Positions 14,927 to 20,000 of a DNA stretch of 20,000 nt are shown here, piece after piece. Position numbers and translations under genes: made by a program. This DNA is from an uncultured virus (IMG/VR IMGVR_UViG_3300037440_000410) (lineage: Duplodnaviria; Heunggongvirae; Uroviricota; Caudoviricetes), in IMG/VR virus record IMGVR_UViG_3300037440_000410; one strand, 5' to 3'. The notes beneath the pieces are model-generated. The model ran no database searches. It saw only the letters and a program-made list of their open reading frames with translations, and was not told where the DNA came from. Every line of letters begins with the position of its first letter. Position 1 is the stretch's first letter.

Positions 14927-15808
14927 ATGACCACCAGCCCCACCAAGCTCGGCCCCCTCGGCCCGCTCCCCATCCCGGTAGCGCCCGCCGTCATGCTCAT
15001 CACGCCCGAGACTGCGGCCGACTGGCTAGAGAACCGCAACATCGGCAACCGCGCCAAGAGCAACGTCGCAGCCCGCCGCTACGCCCGCCTCATCCAGGCG
15101 AAACGCTGGAAGTGCACCCACCAGGGCATCGCCTTCGACCGCGACGGCTGGCTCATCGACGGCCAGCACCGCCTCATGGCCATCGTCGCAACCGGCATCC
15201 CCGTGAAGCTTTTCATCATCCCGTTCATCGAAGGCATGGACGAGAAGACGTTCGACGTCCTCGACAGCGGCCACAAGCGCCAAGCCGCACAACTCCTCGA
15301 CGGAGTCGGCGCCAACGCGCGAGCCGCAGCAGCCCGCTACCTCGGAGTCGTCGACGACTCGTTCGGCCCCGAGCACCGCATCGTGCAGGGCATCACCGCC
15401 ACCTCCGTCGAGACGGCCGACGTCCTGGAAGTCGTCAAGGAATGGCCGGAACTCCTGGCATGGGCCAGCGTCATGGGGACGGCCAACAGGAACGCCCACG
15501 TCCCGCCGGGCCCGCACCTAGCAGTCCTCGCCCAGGCCGAGCGCTCGCCCCACCGAGACCGGATCGAACCGTGGCTCGACGGCATCAACTCGGGCATCGG
15601 CCTTGAGGCGAAGGATCCGCGGCTGCTGGTCAGGAACCGGTTCATCAGCGGCACCCGGCTCGCTCACGGGCATGCCGGCCAGTGCATGGCGTACCGGCTG
15701 CTGGTGAAGGCGTGGAATGCGCACGCGGTCGGCGGGTCGCTCGGAGTGCTACGGGCGAGTGACAGTGAGGCCCGACCGGAGGTCATCGGGTCTGGCGGTA
15801 CGTCGTGA
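14927..15808 (+). CDS. ParB/Srx-superfamily N-terminal domain protein (DGQHRL)
   Basis: ITPETAADWLENRNIGNR...W..THQGIAFDRDGWLIDGQHRLMAIV...DVLDSGHKR, typical of phage ParB-like proteins. Confidence 0.75.
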   Translation: MTTSPTKLGPLGPLPIPVAPAVMLITPETAADWLENRNIGNRAKSNVAARRYARLIQAKRWKCTHQGIAFDRDGWLIDGQHRLMAIVATGIPVKLFIIPFIEGMDEKTFDVLDSGHKRQAAQLLDGVGANARAAAARYLGVVDDSFGPEHRIVQGITATSVETADVLEVVKEWPELLAWASVMGTANRNAHVPPGPHLAVLAQAERSPHRDRIEPWLDGINSGIGLEAKDPRLLVRNRFISGTRLAHGHAGQCMAYRLLVKAWNAHAVGGSLGVLRASDSEARPEVIGSGGTS

Positions 15809-15829
15809 CCGCGGGCTCCGGGTGCCGTG

Positions 15830-15856
15830 GGGCGGCTGGCCTAGTGCCGGCCGCCC
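15830..15856. terminator. Probable bidirectional terminator between convergent genes
   Basis: GGGCGGCTGGC-CTAGT-GCCGGCCGCCC between the stops at 15808 (+) and 15868 (-). Confidence 0.55.
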
Positions 15857-15867
15857 GCGGCGGCGCG

Positions 15868-16059
15868 TCAGGACTCGGCGATGGTGCGGGCGGCGCCGGC
15901 GTCACGTTGACGCTTCTTCCACGCCGTGATCTGCCGGTGGATGTGACGCCGGAGGTCGTCGGCTCGCGTCGTCCCCAGGTCCTTGCACGCCTGCTCGTAG
16001 GCGGTCCACGTCTCGCTGTCGACGCGGATCACGCGACCGGGGGTTCCCTTCGTCGTCAT
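15868..16059 (-). CDS. Ribbon-helix-helix (CopG/Arc-like) protein, probably leaderless
   Basis: MTTKGTPGRVIRVDSETWTAYEQACKDLGTTRADDLRRHI fits the RHH pattern. No RBS; TACGCT lies 6 nt upstream of ATG 16059. Confidence 0.7.
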   Translation of the reverse strand: MTTKGTPGRVIRVDSETWTAYEQACKDLGTTRADDLRRHIHRQITAWKKRQRDAGAARTIAES

Positions 16060-16251
16060 GTCGACAGCGTAGCTGACCGGACACGCGATGGGCACCACGC
16101 CTCCGCTTTCAATCACTCGGTGCCCGTGCGGTGTAGGGGCACCCGGGGTAGTATGGGACAAGCCGGAAGGGCGATCACCGCCCCGACGAAGCCGCCATGA
16201 GCGCTGCCCAAAACCAGGCCATGACCAGCAACGACGGCGAGAGAAGAGCAC

Positions 16252-17190
16252 GTGAGTACAGAGGCCATGAAGTGGGCGGTGGAGTTCGCCCCACCCATGC
16301 CTGCCCAACTGGTCGCCACCCTGACCGGGCTGGCCTACCACGCGGACACCAAAGGGCGCGGCGCGTACCCGTCGCTGGCCCGTCTCGCCGCATACACCTG
16401 CAAGTCCGAGCGATCCGTACGCCGTGATCTGCGGGATCTCGAAGAGCTCAAGCTGATTCGCCAGGGCGACCAGGACAAGGCCGGCCACATCACGGCCGAC
16501 AAGCGCCCGACGGTCTACGACCTGGCGGTGGAGAACCGCGTTCCGAAGGGCCGCGCGGGCGACGACGAGGGGACGCGGACGTCCGCCCGGACGCTGGCGT
16601 CCGCCCGTGCGCGGGGCGCTGAGGCACGCAGGGCAAAGAAGGCCAGCTCAGAGCGCGAATCAGACTCGGAGCGGGAGGACGTGGACGTCCGGGGGGACGT
16701 CGGCGTCCGCCCGGACGTGGACGTCACAGCGGGGGGACGTCCACGTCACAGCGGGGGGACGTGGACGTCCGCCGAACCAAAAGATGAACCTCAAGACGAA
16801 CAACTACCTAAAGACTCTTCTTCGCCTGCGGCTCAGGCAGACGAGCCAATCGAGCAGCCGCACCTCGAAGCCTTCGGTGCCTTCTGGTCCAACTACCCGA
16901 AGAAGAAGGCCCGCGAAGAAGCCCGCAAGGCGTGGATCGCCGCCATCAAACGCGGAGCCGACCCCCAGCACATGGTCGAACGATCCCAGGCCTACGCCTA
17001 CGAGCGTCGCGGCCAGGACCCCAAGTACACGAAGTACCCGGCGACCTGGCTCAACAAGGGCTGCTACGACGACGAACCCGACCCCCAGCCGGCCCCCGGC
17101 AGCAGGCCCAAGCTGCGCGCCGTCGGCGACTGGGAGCCCTGGCGGAACCCCACCAACCAAGACGACTACGACCAGCCCTTCTTCGACTAG
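16252..17190 (+). CDS. Phage replication initiator (N-terminal wHTH, C-terminal FWSNYPKK...YPATWLN domain)
   Basis: LAYHAD...AYPSLARLAAYTCKSERSVRRDLRDLEELKLI; internal iterons; followed by a DnaC-like gene. Confidence 0.85.
   Translation: MSTEAMKWAVEFAPPMPAQLVATLTGLAYHADTKGRGAYPSLARLAAYTCKSERSVRRDLRDLEELKLIRQGDQDKAGHITADKRPTVYDLAVENRVPKGRAGDDEGTRTSARTLASARARGAEARRAKKASSERESDSEREDVDVRGDVGVRPDVDVTAGGRPRHSGGTWTSAEPKDEPQDEQLPKDSSSPAAQADEPIEQPHLEAFGAFWSNYPKKKAREEARKAWIAAIKRGADPQHMVERSQAYAYERRGQDPKYTKYPATWLNKGCYDDEPDPQPAPGSRPKLRAVGDWEPWRNPTNQDDYDQPFFD
16571..16823. repeat. Probable replication origin: seven GGACG-N4-CGTC iterons plus an A-rich tract
   Basis: Copies at 16571, 16589, 16677, 16695, 16713, 16735 and 16757; A-rich segment at about 16774-16823. 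Confidence 0.75.
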
Positions 17191-17198
17191 GACCCGCC

Positions 17199-17885
17199 AT
17201 GAACGAGAAGCCCATCGACCTCACCAACTGGCTGCCCATCCTCGAAGCCCACAACATCGACCCCGAACTCATCAACAGCGACCCCGCCACCTGGGTCGGT
17301 GAACCCGGCTTCCACACCCGCCGCGGCATCCTCACCGCCGAAGCCAGCGTCCCCTTCATCTACCGCACCGCACTCCCCACCCTCCCCGACGTCCGCGCAT
17401 GGGCAGACAGCTACCTGACCGCCAACCAGGACATGAACAGCAAGAGCACACCCCACCACCGCTCGCTGCTCCTCCTCGGCTCCACCGGCGTCGGCAAAAC
17501 CCACCAGGCCTACGGCGTCCTGCGCTACCTGTCCGCCGCAGACATCCACACCGCGTGGAAGACGACCAGCGCCGCAGACATGTACGCCTCCCTCCGGCCC
17601 CGGCACGGCGTCGACTCGGAAACCGAGTTCCGCAAGTACGCGCACACCCAACTGCTGATGATCGACGACCTTGGCGCAGCCAAACCGTCCGAATGGACCG
17701 AAGAGATCAACTTCCGGCTCGTCAACCACCGCTACGAAAACCGGCTCCCCACGATCATCACCTCGAACGTCCTCCCCAAGGAACTCACCGAACGCGTCGG
17801 CGAACGCGTCGCCTCCCGCCTCGTCGGCATGTCCGACCGCGTCGTCCTCCGCGGCACCGACCGCCGAAACGAGGAAGCCGCATGA
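17199..17885 (+). CDS. DnaC/IstB-like AAA+ ATPase, helicase loader
   Basis: Walker A GSTGVGKT, Walker B LLMIDDLGA, TIITSN, GERVASRL; directly after the initiator. Confidence 0.9.
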   Translation: MNEKPIDLTNWLPILEAHNIDPELINSDPATWVGEPGFHTRRGILTAEASVPFIYRTALPTLPDVRAWADSYLTANQDMNSKSTPHHRSLLLLGSTGVGKTHQAYGVLRYLSAADIHTAWKTTSAADMYASLRPRHGVDSETEFRKYAHTQLLMIDDLGAAKPSEWTEEINFRLVNHRYENRLPTIITSNVLPKELTERVGERVASRLVGMSDRVVLRGTDRRNEEAA

Positions 17886-18220
17886 ACCTCTCCGAAGCCG
17901 ACGTCCGCGACCTCCGCCAACAAGGCGACCTGATCACCCTCATCAAGCAAGCCCGCGCCGCCGGCGCAGCCGAGAACGCACGCCGCCGCGCCCTCGTCCT
18001 CAAACACCGCGACCTCGCCGCCCAACTCTGCGAACCACCCCTGCAACACACCCTCCCCGAGCACTGGACCGGCTACATCCCGCCCGCCCACGACGCACCC
18101 GGAGTCGGCGGCGACCTCCCCCTCAACACCAGCCCCGCCCGCGCCGCCCTCGTTGCGCTCCTCGCCGAAGCCGAACGACGAGCCGCCACCCCGTCCGCGC
18201 TCGAACAGCGCACCGCCTGA
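17882..18220 (+). CDS. Hypothetical protein
   Basis: GAGGA RBS, ATGA overlap. Confidence 0.7.
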   Translation: MNLSEADVRDLRQQGDLITLIKQARAAGAAENARRRALVLKHRDLAAQLCEPPLQHTLPEHWTGYIPPAHDAPGVGGDLPLNTSPARAALVALLAEAERRAATPSALEQRTA

Positions 18221-18320
18221 CCGCCGGCACCCGCTGCACCAGCCCCCGCGGCCGACGCCTCCACATCGACACCCACGACGCACGCACCACCGCATGGACC
18301 CACCGACCCCAGGAGACCAA

Positions 18321-18662
18321 ATGACCACCACGCCCGAGCCCGTCGTCCGCGCCACGCAGTACGCCGTCAACTGCCTCCCCGAAGACGGCATCGACAGCCA
18401 CGTCTTCGAGATCACCGTCGAATACCGAGGCAACGACCGGTGGGCCGTCAAACGCCACTCGCAGTGCCTCGACATCAACGGCGTCTGGGACTGGGAGATG
18501 CGCCCCTCCGAACGCGAAGACGACTGGCTCGATACCCACCGCTTCGACCTCGACACCGCGCTCAAGCTCGCCAAGGAACAGGCGCCGCTCGTCACCGTGA
18601 ACGGCTACACCGTCACCGACGCCCTCCGCATGGCGCAGCAGCGCAAGGAGACCGACCAGTGA
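18321..18662 (+). CDS. Hypothetical phage protein (ITVEYRGNDRWAV...WDWEMRPSEREDDWLDTHRFD)
   Basis: AGGAG RBS before ATG 18321; high GC3. Confidence 0.8.
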   Translation: MTTTPEPVVRATQYAVNCLPEDGIDSHVFEITVEYRGNDRWAVKRHSQCLDINGVWDWEMRPSEREDDWLDTHRFDLDTALKLAKEQAPLVTVNGYTVTDALRMAQQRKETDQ

Positions 18663-18865
18663 CCCCGCTGGACCGCCTCATGCAGGAAGCCATCCCGGTA
18701 CGCCCCCCGGCCAAACCCCCACACGAGCCCTGGACGCCCGAAGAACAAGCCCAACACCGCGCCGACCTCAACGCCGCCATAGCCGACTGGCACTGGCACG
18801 ACGACACCAGCGTCGGCCAACGACGCCGCCACCTCCGACTCATCCGCCAGCAAAACGCCGCCTGA
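18659..18865 (+). CDS. Hypothetical protein
   Basis: AAGGAG RBS, GTGA overlap. Confidence 0.65.
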   Translation: MTPLDRLMQEAIPVRPPAKPPHEPWTPEEQAQHRADLNAAIADWHWHDDTSVGQRRRHLRLIRQQNAA

Positions 18866-18889
18866 CCCCGCGACCCGAAAGGCCACACC

Positions 18890-19258
18890 GTGACCAGCCC
18901 CCGCCACCTCTGGGAAGTGGATCACCCCTACTACTGCCAGGAGGGCAACTACTTCAAAGCCGGGCAGCACACGCCGTTCTCCTCCTGGGCGAACTTCACC
19001 GAGAACACCGTCTTCGTCACAGCCGACCGCGATCAGAACTTCCTGATCCGCTGGGACTGGCGCAAGCCCGGCTTCCACGACTGGAACGGCGAGGAGTACC
19101 TGCTGCTGTTCTTCGTGCTCCAGCGCAAGGCGTGGCTCTGCTCCGTCGAAATGCCCGTCACCGAGGCCGACGAGCCCGCCATCCGCGCCTTCCTGGACGA
19201 CTGCGCCGCCACGATGCGTGCCACCTGGGAACCGCTCCTCGCCAACACCCCCGCCTGA
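18890..19258 (+). CDS. Aromatic-rich hypothetical phage protein (HLWEVDHPYYC...RWDW...QRKA)
   Basis: GAAAGG RBS; high GC3. Confidence 0.8.
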   Translation: MTSPRHLWEVDHPYYCQEGNYFKAGQHTPFSSWANFTENTVFVTADRDQNFLIRWDWRKPGFHDWNGEEYLLLFFVLQRKAWLCSVEMPVTEADEPAIRAFLDDCAATMRATWEPLLANTPA

Positions 19259-19288
19259 CCGCCGTCCACCCACCACACCGGAGACGCC

Positions 19289-19558
19289 ATGACCCAGCCC
19301 ACCGCCCAGCAGCTCGACGAAATCCAGGCCCGCGCCGCCCACCTCACCGAGTACGCCACCCTGACCGACCAGCCTCTCCAAGCCGACGCCGACCAACTGA
19401 CCGGAGAGGACGTGCCCGCCCTCGTCGCCGAAGTCCGCCGCCTCACCGACCGCGTCACCGAGCTGGAAAACGACTCGGCCATGCTCTCCGCCCTCTACGC
19501 CGCCGGAGTCGACAGCTGGGACGGCTACGACGAAGCCCGCGACCGGCTACACGCCTGA
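19289..19558 (+). CDS. Ead/Ea22-like coiled-coil hypothetical protein
   Basis: GGAG RBS; LDEIQARAA...DVPALVAEVRRL...ALYAAGVDSWDGY. Confidence 0.75.
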   Translation: MTQPTAQQLDEIQARAAHLTEYATLTDQPLQADADQLTGEDVPALVAEVRRLTDRVTELENDSAMLSALYAAGVDSWDGYDEARDRLHA

Positions 19559-19657
19559 CCCGCCCGTGATCACTACCGCGAACCCGCCGACACTCGGACG
19601 CCCATCACAACACGCACCGTCTCGTCAGGCGGACGCCACACACAGCTTGGAGACGAC

Positions 19658-19963
19658 ATGACCGACATCCAGAACCCCACCGCCTGGTCCGACTACGACT
19701 TCCTGGAGTTCGAAGCCTTCGTCTCCAAGGTCGAAAACGAGGGCTTCACCTACGCCGCCGAGGAGTACACCCCCGAGTTCGAGAGCCCGGAACTCCAGGC
19801 CATCGCCGACGACCTCGGGGCGCTGCGCAGGCTCTACCTGGAGCACGAGGCCAAGGTCGACGACTGGTACACGCAGGTCGGCGGTGAGCGCGCCTGCGAC
19901 CTCCACAACGCCCACGTTGACGAGGCCCGCCAGCGCCGCAGGGCCGCCCGCCTCGCGCCGTGA
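19658..19963 (+). CDS. Acidic hypothetical protein
   Basis: GGAG RBS; strongly D/E-rich N-terminal two-thirds. Confidence 0.75.
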   Translation: MTDIQNPTAWSDYDFLEFEAFVSKVENEGFTYAAEEYTPEFESPELQAIADDLGALRRLYLEHEAKVDDWYTQVGGERACDLHNAHVDEARQRRRAARLAP

Positions 19964-19971
19964 CCGCAGAA

Positions 19972-20000
19972 GGCCGCCCGGAGTCGAGTTCCGGGCGGCC
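19972..20000. terminator. Stem-loop
   Basis: GGCCGCCCGGA-GTCGAGT-TCCGGGCGGCC, 11-bp perfect stem. Confidence 0.6.

Larger units (their letters stand above)
1..20000. mobile_element. Temperate actinophage/prophage early region (immunity, recombination, replication modules)
   Basis: Divergent repressor/Cro pair, YqaJ+RecT, WhiB genes, HTH replication initiator + DnaC-like ATPase, many short ATGA/GTGA-coupled ORFs. No host housekeeping genes; no att site or integrase recognised in the window. Confidence 0.93.

Noticed and set aside
14927..15808. ParABS partition system or Dnd phosphorothioation cluster
   Set aside because: No ParA ATPase and no dndACDE genes nearby; only the shared DGQHR motif is present.
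17199..17885. IS21 transposon (IstB)
   Set aside because: No IstA transposase or terminal inverted repeats; its position after the initiator indicates a DnaC-type loader.
1..20000. bldA-dependent TTA codons, tRNA or rRNA genes
   Set aside because: The TTA triplets I noticed are intergenic or out of frame, and no tRNA/rRNA-like sequence was recognised (manual scan only).

Overview
High-GC actinobacterial (Streptomyces-like) temperate phage/prophage early region. At the left is an immunity switch: a leftward XRE/CI-like repressor (370-738) and a rightward Cro-like HTH (980-1261), with a repeated CACGTTC-nn-GAAC operator. A long rightward run of mostly translationally coupled genes follows: small hypotheticals, a YqaJ exonuclease plus RecT recombination pair, two WhiB-family genes, a TerF-type vWA gene, a DUF6745-like protein with a 23 x 12-bp coding tandem repeat and its His-motif partner, two HTH genes, an HNH nuclease-SF2 helicase fusion with a coupled partner and a ParB-like (DGQHRL) gene, a leftward ribbon-helix-helix gene, a replication initiator with internal iterons, a DnaC/IstB-like loader and small accessory genes. 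The best candidates for undescribed systems are the HNH-helicase/partner/ParB-like block (12242-15808) and the DUF6745-repeat/partner pair (9875-11491). Several accessory genes are bracketed by short direct repeats built on gene junctions (RBS/start), which suggests cassette-like shuffling. Family names come from motif recognition and memory only; no database search was run.
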